NCBI GenBank assembly: GCA_964495685.1
Contig: CAZBVQ010000002.1
Location: 38,790 to 102,789, forward strand
Source: an uncultured Candidatus Saccharibacteria bacterium
GTDB taxonomy: Bacteria; Patescibacteriota; Minisyncoccia; Phycocordibacterales; PALSA-1337
Length of the DNA stretch: 64,000 nt
Direction of reading: 5' to 3'
Both the position numbers and the translations under genes were made by a program. The notes under the pieces are model-generated. The model was given only the letters and a program-made list of their open reading frames with translations, did not search any database and was not told where the DNA came from. Within the stretch, counting starts at the first letter, position 1; every line of letters starts with the position of its first letter. Shown here one piece after another: positions 48,484 to 57,943 of the stretch.

Positions 48484-48562
48484 TTAATTATTACACTAAC
48501 CTCCCCGCTCTGATCACCTGCCCCACCACTGTATACATGTACCCATCTCATTATCACGTTAG
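48484..48562 (-). promoter_or_regulatory. conserved leader element, copy 1 (in gene orientation: ...GTATAC..GTGG.GCA.GTGATCA.AGCGGGGAG.TTA...TAATAATTAA then ATG)
   Basis: About 80% identical to 49469-49547 over roughly 50 nt. Contains TGATCA and GTATAC palindromes. Confidence 0.5.
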
Positions 48563-48566
48563 AACT

Positions 48567-49466
48567 TTATCTCGTAATGGTGAAATACTTATCACTCGTA
48601 TCGACAATGCCTCTTCCTCCTCCATAATTTGTCACCCCAATTTCTATTTTATAGTTACCTGGAGAAAGGCTGAATCTGTCCTCGGGCAAACTCGATGTCT
48701 TACCTATACACATAGTAGTCGCAGGAGTAAAAATAAAGACTCCTTGTTTCGCTGAAACTTCTCCATCAACAGGATCACAGAAATCAGAGAAGTCTGTCCC
48801 CGATCTAAGTCTGATAGCAACTTTGGCGTCATTAGATAAACCCGATGATGTCCACTTGATCGATTTTGATTCAGACATTTTCCAGATCTCTCCGCCATTA
48901 GGAGAAATAATGGTTATGGAAGGGACTGAAACAGGCTGTGTCACGGGACTATTAGTCGTCTCACTTACTTTAGGTTGAGCTGAGATTGTAAACAGCTCGC
49001 TCTTATTCCCTACCCCCACAATTTCTCCAGTTGAATAAAGACCTATGCGATATTTACCAGGCTGTACAACTCCTTGAACTTCGTCGCCTTGAATAATCCA
49101 GCTAAACGAGCCTGAGTTTGGCGATCCTTGAGAAATTTTTCGAACCGTATTGCCATTCTGGTCAATAAGATTAATGCCAATCCCTGCCGTATTAATGTCC
49201 ATTCCCAATCCACTGGAATTCCAATTAATCTTCAAATTGTCTCCAATTTTATATGTCTCTCCGTTTTTCGGCGAAGTAATCATAATTGAAGGCGAAGCAG
49301 CTGGTTGTGATGTTACTGAGGCATCATCAGTTTGATTAACTTGGGGTTGCTGTTGGTCAATACTTACTGATTTTTTAATAAATGCAAAATAACCGACAGC
49401 AACTAAAAGAACAATTATAAGTACAATCAACCAAATATTTACTGATCCCTTTTGTGTATTCTTCAT
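48567..49466 (-). CDS. secreted/anchored protein with two tandem beta-sandwich-like repeats
   Basis: N-terminal TM segment. Repeat units ITSPKNGETYKIGDNLKINWNSSG...GKYRIGLYS...ELFTI and IISPNGGEIWKMSESKSIKWTSSG...GNYKIEIGV...KYFTI. Confidence 0.5.
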   Translation of the reverse strand: MKNTQKGSVNIWLIVLIIVLLVAVGYFAFIKKSVSIDQQQPQVNQTDDASVTSQPAASPSIMITSPKNGETYKIGDNLKINWNSSGLGMDINTAGIGINLIDQNGNTVRKISQGSPNSGSFSWIIQGDEVQGVVQPGKYRIGLYSTGEIVGVGNKSELFTISAQPKVSETTNSPVTQPVSVPSITIISPNGGEIWKMSESKSIKWTSSGLSNDAKVAIRLRSGTDFSDFCDPVDGEVSAKQGVFIFTPATTMCIGKTSSLPEDRFSLSPGNYKIEIGVTNYGGGRGIVDTSDKYFTITR

Positions 49467-49468
49467 AA

Positions 49469-49547
49469 ATTTAAATTATTAAATTAATCTCCCCGCCTTG
49501 ATCACATGCTCCACAAGCGTATACGTATACCCCATTTCGTTGTTATA
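49469..49547 (-). promoter_or_regulatory. conserved leader element, copy 2
   Basis: See copy 1. It lies immediately upstream of the ATG at 49466. Confidence 0.5.
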
Positions 49548-49768
49548 CCATGCGGGTAATTTTTCCCTGTTTTTTGTCATATTGCAGAAATTATATCATG
49601 AGTTCAATCTTTAAATCTCCGTTCGCCCGTCTTTTGAAACAGCAAAAATTTGTAGTCTCAAAAGGCGAGCGAGAGATAAAATATGCTGTCAATGTTCTTG
49701 CTTTACATGATAAACAAACACTTGTTTAATAGCAAGCGCTGAAATATGGCCTGAACACTGCTTAATTC

Positions 49769-50740
49769 CTAGCAATGAACAGCTCTTGTTCTTGGAATCT
49801 TGTATTTCTTGTGTCTCTGGTTTCTTGGTACATTTCTGAAGGAATCGTAACGACGCTGGAGATCGGGACCGGTCATCATCGTATAAATCATCGAACTCTC
49901 AAGACTTGAGTGACCGAGAATATTTGAAACGTCTGAATTTGATCCGCCCTTGTTCACAATATCTCGACCCATATAATGTCGCATTGAGTGCGCATTCATT
50001 GTTGGTATACCAGCACGGTTAGAATTAGTGCGGAGCATTTCAGCCACGTTGAAGGTGGTCATTCTTTTTCCTCTCACATCATTCTGACCACACTTTGAAA
50101 CTGTAACAAATAGCGCATCGAGGTCTTCAAAGCTAAATAGTTTATATAAATGTTTTCTCTTGCTTACCCACTTTTTGAGGAGAGCATTTGTGGTTGGTGT
50201 CCAAAAAATTTCACGAATCGGTCTACGACCGCGTGATTTTTCTGTGCGTATGAGCGCTTTGCGATTATCCAAATCAAGATCGCCAACATTTAAAGAAACG
50301 ATCTCGCCGTTTCGAGCGCCCGTATCCCAGAGTAATGATATGACTGCCCTGTTTCTAATGTGATGAGGATTATTACCCTTTGGAATAGAGTTAAGTAATT
50401 TTTTGAAACCTTGTTCAGTTGCAATTCGAGGTATGTTGTACTCTTTCTTGGGGGTTGGAATAAGAAATTCATTAATAACTTTAAAGCCTTGAAGGTTATA
50501 AAATTCAAAGAATTTCTTGAGGGCCAAGGTGACAATACGAATGCCGTTTCTTTTCCAGCCGAGCTCTGTCATCAAATTCAAATAATCCATCACGTGCTGA
50601 ATAGTGATGTTTTCTATATGCGGATTTTTGAGATAGAGACAAAAGATGCGAAGCACTTTGTCGTATCGTTTGACCGTATGACCGGTCACTTTGATCTGTC
50701 TCCAACCGCTGAATTGGTCGATAGCGTCTTTGAATAGCAT
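49769..50740 (-). CDS. tyrosine-type site-specific recombinase/integrase
   Basis: C-terminal catalytic region AHSMRHYMG...LGHSSLESSMIYT (R..H..R..Y residues) and an N-terminal SAM-like domain. Confidence 0.85.
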   Translation of the reverse strand: MLFKDAIDQFSGWRQIKVTGHTVKRYDKVLRIFCLYLKNPHIENITIQHVMDYLNLMTELGWKRNGIRIVTLALKKFFEFYNLQGFKVINEFLIPTPKKEYNIPRIATEQGFKKLLNSIPKGNNPHHIRNRAVISLLWDTGARNGEIVSLNVGDLDLDNRKALIRTEKSRGRRPIREIFWTPTTNALLKKWVSKRKHLYKLFSFEDLDALFVTVSKCGQNDVRGKRMTTFNVAEMLRTNSNRAGIPTMNAHSMRHYMGRDIVNKGGSNSDVSNILGHSSLESSMIYTMMTGPDLQRRYDSFRNVPRNQRHKKYKIPRTRAVHC

Positions 50741-51154
50741 ACATGGCCAACCAAAAAGCCCACTCGATGCTACTCAAAGTGGACTTCTGGTGGCCGTCTG
50801 CTCATAGAGCTTATTGCCATTCCCTAGCTAGGGAGACATAACCTCGCGGTCACATCATCAACATTTTCCCCTATCCTTTAGGAAATAGCAAGGTCATGTT
50901 TTGATCAAAAGTCCATCGGTAGCATCAGGTCATTCTGACCCTGATCCCTTACGGGGCGATGGAGCATATTCGGTTGTCACTACATCCTAGTGTAGTGCCT
51001 TTCCATTGTCAAGAAGGATATTTCATTGGATAGTAATATGGAGAGCAGAACATCAAAATAGTCAATTAAAATAAGGCTTTTTTGAGATATATAAAGAAAA
51101 GTCACATCACCTTTTAAGCAATGCGACTGTGTTTTTCGGAAAATGATCTATTTG

Positions 51155-52153
51155 TCAGAGCTTTTCCCGAATCTGCTCCAAAAAGGCAGCGATGCTCATA
51201 TCCAAGGCCGGTAAATGCCCTTGAGCGTCAATTTCGATAGGTAATGATACCCTCGGATTCTTGCTCAAAAGCTCACTTATCGTCATTTTGGACCCCATAA
51301 GGCTGAAGATTTCGATGCTGATATCAAGGCAAAGCCTCGACAAGTCTCGTGCTCCTTCAGTCGGCAGACTTGCCCACTCCTCGATCCTGCCGAATGGAAG
51401 GATGTATGGATAAGCACAACTGAAACCGTCTGGGGTTCGGACCGGCATCAAACTTTGCGATGTCTGCTCACCGATGACACGTCCACAGTTCGGACTGAAT
51501 GGGATGAGGTCGTGATCGGGAATCCAATCAATGAGATCTTTGATCGGATGCACCATCACAATCTCGCCGGTAAATACTTCCTGAATAGTTGATCGTGAGC
51601 CATTACAACAGAATCCGAGAATGATCGCCGTAACCTTGATACTTCTGCTTTCAAGCTCATGGAGGACAAACTTGAGTGTGCCTCCAGTGAATGCACCGTC
51701 TTCAATTAGCACGATTGAACGACCGGCGATCTTCTCGGTTAGCTCATCAAGCTGTGTCCCCAGCGGATCGAATCCTGGACGCGGACCATACCCTATCATC
51801 ACTCCGTCTGAATTAAACAACCGATTGATGTTGAGGAGTAAACCTTCGCTTTTTGGATTTGAGTCTGCGATCTCGAAGCAGGTGCTGAGAACTGCTTGCT
51901 GACTGAGGTCGGTGATACGACCATCGACTTGTTCCCAGATTTTTCGCCGAAGCTCATTCATCTCGATTGTGTCGATCGTGATGCTTGGCAGAGCTCGTTG
52001 TATCTTTTTAAACAAACCGATGTGGAAGCGCTCAAACAATAAATCATCCGGCTGTGGGACAGCAAAGCCTTTTGCACGGAATGACTGAAGCCGACTGGCA
52101 ACATCGTAGGTAACCACATAGGTTCCACGACGATCCGAATGGATTTCTGACAT
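51155..52153 (-). CDS. phosphoribosyltransferase (PRTase)-domain protein of unknown specificity
   Basis: PRPP-binding motif SIVLIEDGAFTGGTL in the middle of a 332 aa protein. The flanking regions match no family I recognise. Confidence 0.5.
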   Translation of the reverse strand: MSEIHSDRRGTYVVTYDVASRLQSFRAKGFAVPQPDDLLFERFHIGLFKKIQRALPSITIDTIEMNELRRKIWEQVDGRITDLSQQAVLSTCFEIADSNPKSEGLLLNINRLFNSDGVMIGYGPRPGFDPLGTQLDELTEKIAGRSIVLIEDGAFTGGTLKFVLHELESRSIKVTAIILGFCCNGSRSTIQEVFTGEIVMVHPIKDLIDWIPDHDLIPFSPNCGRVIGEQTSQSLMPVRTPDGFSCAYPYILPFGRIEEWASLPTEGARDLSRLCLDISIEIFSLMGSKMTISELLSKNPRVSLPIEIDAQGHLPALDMSIAAFLEQIREKL

Positions 52154-52235
52154 GGAAACCTCCTATGGTTGAATTGTTTATGGAAAAGAACTGATTGAAA
52201 TCAGTTCTCAGTGTATCTCTATATCAATGAATTAG

Positions 52236-52559
52236 CTAATTATTCCCCTCATCCTTCATTCGATCGATGAGCATTTTGTATCCGCCACAGCCTTCTTTGA
52301 GCCAACGATTAATTTTGGTGATTGTCACGGGAGACTCGCCTGACTCCTCTTGAATCTGAGAAAAAGGAACGCCTGCATCAAGCTTCTTGGCAACCTCCCA
52401 GCGCATGGCAAATTCTCGGAGATCACGCTCACTCATCAGGTCACGGAAGAATGCTTTGAGTTCATCCTCGTTTTTGAGCGACAAAAAAGCCTTGATCAAA
52501 TCGGGAGATTTTTGTTGTATCTCAGCCCATATTCCGTTTTTTTCTTCATCAGGAATCAT
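52236..52559 (-). CDS. TrpR-like YerC/YecD family DNA-binding protein
   Basis: FFRDLMSERDLREFAMRWEVAKKL...GESPVTITKINRWLKEGCGGY is close to the YerC/YecD consensus. Confidence 0.75.
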   Translation of the reverse strand: MIPDEEKNGIWAEIQQKSPDLIKAFLSLKNEDELKAFFRDLMSERDLREFAMRWEVAKKLDAGVPFSQIQEESGESPVTITKINRWLKEGCGGYKMLIDRMKDEGNN

Positions 52560-52577
52560 ATTTAATAAATTATAACA

Positions 52578-53330
52578 TTACTTCCCTTTCCAGTGAACCA
52601 CTCGATTTTCGATAAACATCATTATTTTGTTCAATACAAATCCGATGACACCAGTCATGAGTATAGCTGCGTACATATCAGCTGTTTGGTACACAAGTTG
52701 AGCATCAATAATACGTTTTCCAAGACCTGCTTCAGTACCGATAAACATTTCAGTAACGATGACGATTATGAGGGAGAGTGAGATCGCGACACGGAAGCCC
52801 GAAAAGATTTGTGGCAATGCTTCAGGAAAAATGACCTTCCGGAAAAGTTCAAATCCTTTCACTTTCATTGTTTTGGCAACACGCACACGTAACTCTTTGC
52901 CGAGGTGTACTCCGTACATTGAGTTAATAAGGATCACCAGACCAGCTCCCCATGCAGTGACGGCAAATTTAGCCTGATCGCCAATTCCAAATACAAGAAG
53001 AAATAGAGGAAACAATGCTGTTGTCGGAATGCCTCGAAAAAACTCAACAGTGAATTCAAGAGCATTGTAAATCTTACTTGAATAGCCCATGAGAAGTCCG
53101 AGTGGTACTCCAATAATTGCCGCAACAGCAAAGCCAACCAGAACACGATATAGTGTGTGCCCTATGTCATTCAACATTGTTCCATTTTGGATTGAATCAA
53201 TAAGGTGGATAAATACATCATATGGAGATGCTAGGAATAGAGGACTGACAAGTTGTAAATATGAAATTACCCACCAGAGGCAGAGTAGAATTATCGGTAT
53301 CAGAACGTAATATAATTTCTTATTTTTCAT
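52578..53330 (-). CDS. ABC transporter permease (nitrate/sulfonate/taurine/ThiX type)
   Basis: Six TM segments and a binding-protein-dependent transport motif (ALNSMYG...). Confidence 0.85.
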   Translation of the reverse strand: MKNKKLYYVLIPIILLCLWWVISYLQLVSPLFLASPYDVFIHLIDSIQNGTMLNDIGHTLYRVLVGFAVAAIIGVPLGLLMGYSSKIYNALEFTVEFFRGIPTTALFPLFLLVFGIGDQAKFAVTAWGAGLVILINSMYGVHLGKELRVRVAKTMKVKGFELFRKVIFPEALPQIFSGFRVAISLSLIIVIVTEMFIGTEAGLGKRIIDAQLVYQTADMYAAILMTGVIGFVLNKIMMFIENRVVHWKGK

Positions 53331-54072
53331 ATTCGAAAGTATTTAGAATTGCATTACGAAGCTCGGTAAATTCAGGACTTGAAAGCATATCGAGGGTTCT
53401 TGGGCGTGGAAGTTTTACCTCAAAAATCTTTTTTATACTCGCGGGGCGAGGAGAAAGTACTACTACTTTATCGGCCAGAAAAATTGCCTCGTCTATATCA
53501 TGACTTACAAATAAAGTAGTTATCTTTTTCTCTTGCCAAATATCGAGAAGCTCCAATTCCATCTTTCGCGTGGTTGAATAATCAAGAGCAGAAAATGGCT
53601 CATCCATAATCAGAATATCTGGGTCATAGGCAATAGAGCGACATATAGAAACAAGCTGACGTTGACCGCCAGAGAGTTCGTAGACAAACCTATCTTTTGA
53701 GTGAAGTAGACCCACCTTGTTCAATAAGTGCTCAGCGATTTTTTGCTGCTTATCCTTATTGACTCTCGCAATCTCGAGTGGAAAAACAATATTTTCCAAA
53801 ACTGTCCGCCAAGGGAATAGGCTCTCGTTATAATTCTGAAATACAAAACCCACTTGAGCATCTTTAGGATTTTTGCCGCTTACCTTTACTTCACCTGATT
53901 CAGGGATTTCAATTCCAGCAACAATATTGAGTAGAGTTGTTTTACCTGATCCATTCGGGCCGAAAACAGTTACGAATTCACCTTTATTCACCTCAAGGTC
54001 AATGCCGTCAATAACTCTGGTATCACCAGAATCTTTTTTAAAGGTTTTTGCTATTCCGGCAAGTGAAATCAT
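53320..54072 (-). CDS. ABC transporter ATP-binding protein
   Basis: GPNGSGKTTL Walker A, LSGGQRQLVSICRS signature, ILIMDEPFSALD Walker B. Confidence 0.9.
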   Translation of the reverse strand: MISLAGIAKTFKKDSGDTRVIDGIDLEVNKGEFVTVFGPNGSGKTTLLNIVAGIEIPESGEVKVSGKNPKDAQVGFVFQNYNESLFPWRTVLENIVFPLEIARVNKDKQQKIAEHLLNKVGLLHSKDRFVYELSGGQRQLVSICRSIAYDPDILIMDEPFSALDYSTTRKMELELLDIWQEKKITTLFVSHDIDEAIFLADKVVVLSPRPASIKKIFEVKLPRPRTLDMLSSPEFTELRNAILNTFEYEK

Positions 54073-54078
54073 TACAGT

Positions 54079-55035
54079 CTATTTGTAATACGCATTGGTC
54101 AAATCTGGTTTTGATGTGAACTCTCCAGAGGCGACTAAAATGTCAAGTAATTTAGCAACAAGAGTTTTATCTATCTGCTGCGAATTTCTAAAGTAAGTCA
54201 TCCCGAGAACATCAACTACTTTCTGATCTAGCTTGAAAAGTGTCCTCGTCATATCCCTTACGTCTTTATCATTTGTATGGAGATAATCGAAAGCCCGATC
54301 AAAAGCATTTACAACTTTCTTAGCCTCACGAGGATGATTATTCACAAATTGAGTGCTTACGAGCGCTACCCCTAATGGACTGTGCTCTAATTGTTCAGAA
54401 TAGACTGAACCATAAATCTTCCTTATTCCACCACTTGTAAGTGCGATAGATATTGTAGGTTCATATGTGAATAAGGCGTCAATTGAACCTGCTGTAAGCG
54501 CAGTGAGGTGTTGTGGTGGTGGTAATTGTACAAATTGGATTGTGGAAGAATCTATGCCCTTTTCCTTAAGAAAAAGTTTGAACATATTTGAAGCACTCGT
54601 GCCTGGAAATACCCCAATCTTTTTGCCCTTCAAATCCTCGAGAGTCTTAATGGTAGAGTTTTCTTTTACCAAAAGGGAGTCAAACGGCACATCGCTCGTA
54701 ATATCAGTTAGAGCGATAATTTTCATTTTGCCAGGATCAACCATTTCAGCATTCAGATATGGAAGTATAGATATTTCAGGAGTGAGATCTATGTCTCCCC
54801 GAGCAAGCGCATCAACAATTTGATTTGAGGTCTGAAGTTGTGTGGCTTGAACAGTGATACCCTGATCTTCAAAAAACTTTTTCTGTTGAGCTATTTCTAA
54901 AGGAAGTTGGCTGGCTGTTATAGGTAGATATCCAATTTTTACCACATAGTCTGAGGGTTTATTTGAGCTTCCGATCCGAACAGCTACTAAAGCCAACACT
55001 ACTACGATTCCTATTATCCAAAATGATTTTTTCAT
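54079..55035 (-). CDS. ABC substrate-binding protein, NMT1/THI5/SsuA-like (paralogue 1)
   Basis: Signal peptide, then IGYLPITASQLPL. The C-terminal SKPDLTNAYYK is shared with the paralogue at 56931. Confidence 0.8.
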   Translation of the reverse strand: MKKSFWIIGIVVVLALVAVRIGSSNKPSDYVVKIGYLPITASQLPLEIAQQKKFFEDQGITVQATQLQTSNQIVDALARGDIDLTPEISILPYLNAEMVDPGKMKIIALTDITSDVPFDSLLVKENSTIKTLEDLKGKKIGVFPGTSASNMFKLFLKEKGIDSSTIQFVQLPPPQHLTALTAGSIDALFTYEPTISIALTSGGIRKIYGSVYSEQLEHSPLGVALVSTQFVNNHPREAKKVVNAFDRAFDYLHTNDKDVRDMTRTLFKLDQKVVDVLGMTYFRNSQQIDKTLVAKLLDILVASGEFTSKPDLTNAYYK

Positions 55036-55165
55036 GCTAATAAAATTAATGTTTTTTGATAAAATCTGAATTCTAAAGGCTTGCAACATTCTACCACAAA
55101 TGATGCCCCGTGTGTAGTTTTTTTAGGATTTTTGGACTCTAATCAAAAGAAGGACAATTAGAATA

Positions 55166-55864
55166 CTATTGCATAGCACTGTCCTTACCTAGAATCGCCT
55201 TATTTAAATACATGAAAGGAATGTTCACCAACCCGACCAACCACTTGATTGCTGTTTGTCCGATTATAAGAGGCATGATTGGTAATGTACCCAGAAATGC
55301 TATTGGAATAAATATCAAACTATCCAGAAGTAATGCAGGTATAGAACTGAATACATTTCTAGACCACAAATGCTTACCATTGGTAAATTTCTTGAACCAT
55401 GAATACACATAGGCATCGAAGTTTTCGGTAATAAGAAATGCTATCCAGCTTGCAATTGTAATTCTTGGAACTAAATTGAAGATCTGCTCCCATGATCCCT
55501 GAAGTGTCCAAAATGGTGCCGCAGGAAATTTGACTCCAAGCCAGAAAAAGAACATCATCGCTATCTGAGATACAAAAGCGATCATAATCATCTTAGAGAC
55601 TTCCCTTCTCCCAAATTTTTCATTCACTATGTCAGTGAAGAGATATGTAATAGAAAAAACAAGAACCCCACTTGGCCCGTAGAATGCACCAAACCCGAGA
55701 TCGAAAGCGGAAATCTTTGCAGCCAAAACTTGTGCAACCAACACAAATGTCACATACAATCCAATAAGTAAATCAGATCTATTGTATTTTCGGGCATACC
55801 AGCTTCCGAGAAGTGTAAAACTGGTAATACCCACAATCCAGATTATTAGTAGATATATGCTCAT
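55166..55864 (-). CDS. queuosine-precursor transporter YhhQ (DUF165) family
   Basis: VFSITYLFTDIVNEKFGRREVSKMIMIAFVSQIAMMFFFW matches the YhhQ core. Multi-TM. Confidence 0.7.
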   Translation of the reverse strand: MSIYLLIIWIVGITSFTLLGSWYARKYNRSDLLIGLYVTFVLVAQVLAAKISAFDLGFGAFYGPSGVLVFSITYLFTDIVNEKFGRREVSKMIMIAFVSQIAMMFFFWLGVKFPAAPFWTLQGSWEQIFNLVPRITIASWIAFLITENFDAYVYSWFKKFTNGKHLWSRNVFSSIPALLLDSLIFIPIAFLGTLPIMPLIIGQTAIKWLVGLVNIPFMYLNKAILGKDSAMQ

Positions 55865-55871
55865 ATGCTGT

Positions 55872-56591
55872 TTATTTTAACTTAATCCTATAATTTATCC
55901 AAACAAAACCATCTTCGCTTCTTTCATGTCTCTCTACCACCTGATATCCATAGTCGTTTATCATTTTTTCTATTATCTCAAAATCGTGACGAGGCTCTAA
56001 GGTATGTGCACTTTGAAGATTGGCGTGCGGTAAATGAATGATCCCTTCTCTACTCAAGAAAATTTTTGCCTCAGTAAAAAATCGCTTGTGTAATGTAAAA
56101 TCATTATCGTATAGAGCCTGGTCAATAAAATCATTGCCCGCAGGAAAATTTACAAAAGGTAAATTTGCAATAATGAGATCATATTTTTTACTTGGATAAT
56201 TTGAGAAAAGGTTAGATGAAAAAACTGTTATCTTGTCCTGTAAACCATTAAGCAATACATTGTGTTCGGCGCACTCAACCGCTTGAGGATTAATGTCAGA
56301 GCAATCTACGTGCACCGCACCAGCAAGTGACGCAACGATTGATTGGACTCCAGTGCCACATCCAATGTCTGCGACATTGAAGCCTCTTAAATCGCCGAAT
56401 GTTTCAAAAACAGACTTTGAGCTTGGTGCATGATCTGGAGGAAATACAGTTGGAAATACATCTATAAGAACTGACTTATCTTCAAAATTTATTTTGGTAC
56501 GATAAATACCTTCTATGGATTTATTTTTTAGGAATGAGGAAAATTTCTTAGTGTGCTCTGGATTAATTTTTGTTATAGGGTCTAAGGTCAT
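55872..56591 (-). CDS. class I SAM-dependent methyltransferase (HemK/RsmC-like, NLPF variant of the NPPY motif)
   Basis: ADIGCGTGVQS (motif I) and DLIIANLPF (motif IV). Confidence 0.65.
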   Translation of the reverse strand: MTLDPITKINPEHTKKFSSFLKNKSIEGIYRTKINFEDKSVLIDVFPTVFPPDHAPSSKSVFETFGDLRGFNVADIGCGTGVQSIVASLAGAVHVDCSDINPQAVECAEHNVLLNGLQDKITVFSSNLFSNYPSKKYDLIIANLPFVNFPAGNDFIDQALYDNDFTLHKRFFTEAKIFLSREGIIHLPHANLQSAHTLEPRHDFEIIEKMINDYGYQVVERHERSEDGFVWINYRIKLK

Positions 56592-56597
56592 GATCGT

Positions 56598-56918
56598 TTA
56601 GTCTTCTATCCAAACCTGTGCTGGGCGATGAGCATCAGAATGCTTTATATCTATGAATATTTTTAGATATTTCGGTTTAATCGATTCTTTCACTTGAGAA
56701 AATACTTCATGCGCCAGTTCTTCAGCTGTAATTTTATTTCTTGCAATCTCATTAACCGCTCGCTCAGCATCAACATACTCAAGTGCTCTTTTTTTGGGAT
56801 GATATTCAATGACAACATCTCCTGAAAATTCCTTGTCAGTGACAGAGCAAATAGCCTTAAAGGGTATGAATATCTTTGTGCCGCTAATCTTATAGCCCAA
56901 TGGTATTGTCCCGATCAT
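56598..56918 (-). CDS. QueF-like T-fold protein (possible preQ0 reductase homologue, divergent)
   Basis: Parallels unimodular QueF: CSVTDKE vs CPKTGQPD, VVIEYHP vs IEYIP, KPKYLKIF vs DPRYIEVW. It lacks the ESKSLKLY motif. Context is next to a YhhQ-family gene. Confidence 0.35.
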   Translation of the reverse strand: MIGTIPLGYKISGTKIFIPFKAICSVTDKEFSGDVVIEYHPKKRALEYVDAERAVNEIARNKITAEELAHEVFSQVKESIKPKYLKIFIDIKHSDAHRPAQVWIED

Positions 56919-56930
56919 TGTTTTTCCAAT

Positions 56931-57890
56931 CTAAGGCTTATAGAAAAAATTTGAGAGATCCGGTTTTGATTTAAGTTCGCCTATCGAGATCAGCCAATTA
57001 AGCCACTCGTCATTTTTCTGAATATCGATTGTTCTACCAAATCTAGTAGGTAGAATTGACATCAGGCTTGTGGCATCCTCACTGATGTTTGACTTTTCAG
57101 CTATGAGTTTCTTTGTTGCGACCTCATTGTTCAAAGCGTAGTCGTTAGCCTTCTGAAAAACCTCGACAACATCTTTCGCAAGAGACGCATGTCCTTCTAT
57201 GAATTTCTCTGAGATGATACCGACAGCAAAAGGTGAATCAGGTACATTTTCAGTATAGAGAGATCCTGAAACCTTTCGTGCAATTCCTTTTGAAATCGCT
57301 ACTGAAGTATTTGGTTCATATGAATACAACGCATCAACAGACCCAACTTCGAGGGCTTGAAGATAATTTTGTGGAGAAAGAGGAATGATTTCTACCTTTG
57401 ACACGTCAACTGAGTTTTTTACGAGTGAAGCTTTCAAGATGTTTGTTGCGGTACTGCCCGGAAACACTGCAACTTTTTTGCCATCGAGATCCTTAAGTGT
57501 TTTTATTGATGAATCAATCTTAGTTATGACAGCATCACCTGGATCTTTAGTAAAATTCATTATCGAAAATCCCTTTACCCCCTTTGGATCAATAAGCTGG
57601 GCAACATATACGGGGATACTTGAAATGTTAGGCACTAGATCAACATCGTTTCGGACAACTGCTTCAAGGGCTTGATTGGAACTCTGGAAAGGGATGATCT
57701 CAACTTTTATTCCAGCTTTTTGAAAAAGATTTTGCTGCTCAACAATCCATATAGGTAAGGCTGCGATCGTTGCGGTTGGTAAGTACCCGATCTTGACTGT
57801 TGTGTCATCTTTCGGCTGCTTAAAAAATGCAAAACCAACTACGATAACGATAACAATCACTATTAATGCCCACAAATATTTTTTAGTCAT
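56931..57890 (-). CDS. ABC substrate-binding protein, NMT1/THI5/SsuA-like (paralogue 2)
   Basis: Same architecture as paralogue 1 (IGYLPTATIAALPI, SKPDLSNFFYKP). Confidence 0.8.
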   Translation of the reverse strand: MTKKYLWALIVIVIVIVVGFAFFKQPKDDTTVKIGYLPTATIAALPIWIVEQQNLFQKAGIKVEIIPFQSSNQALEAVVRNDVDLVPNISSIPVYVAQLIDPKGVKGFSIMNFTKDPGDAVITKIDSSIKTLKDLDGKKVAVFPGSTATNILKASLVKNSVDVSKVEIIPLSPQNYLQALEVGSVDALYSYEPNTSVAISKGIARKVSGSLYTENVPDSPFAVGIISEKFIEGHASLAKDVVEVFQKANDYALNNEVATKKLIAEKSNISEDATSLMSILPTRFGRTIDIQKNDEWLNWLISIGELKSKPDLSNFFYKP

Positions 57891-57943
57891 AAAAGTTAGT
57901 AATAAATCTATGGCTCTAGGGCCAATCTATATAATTTGTTATA

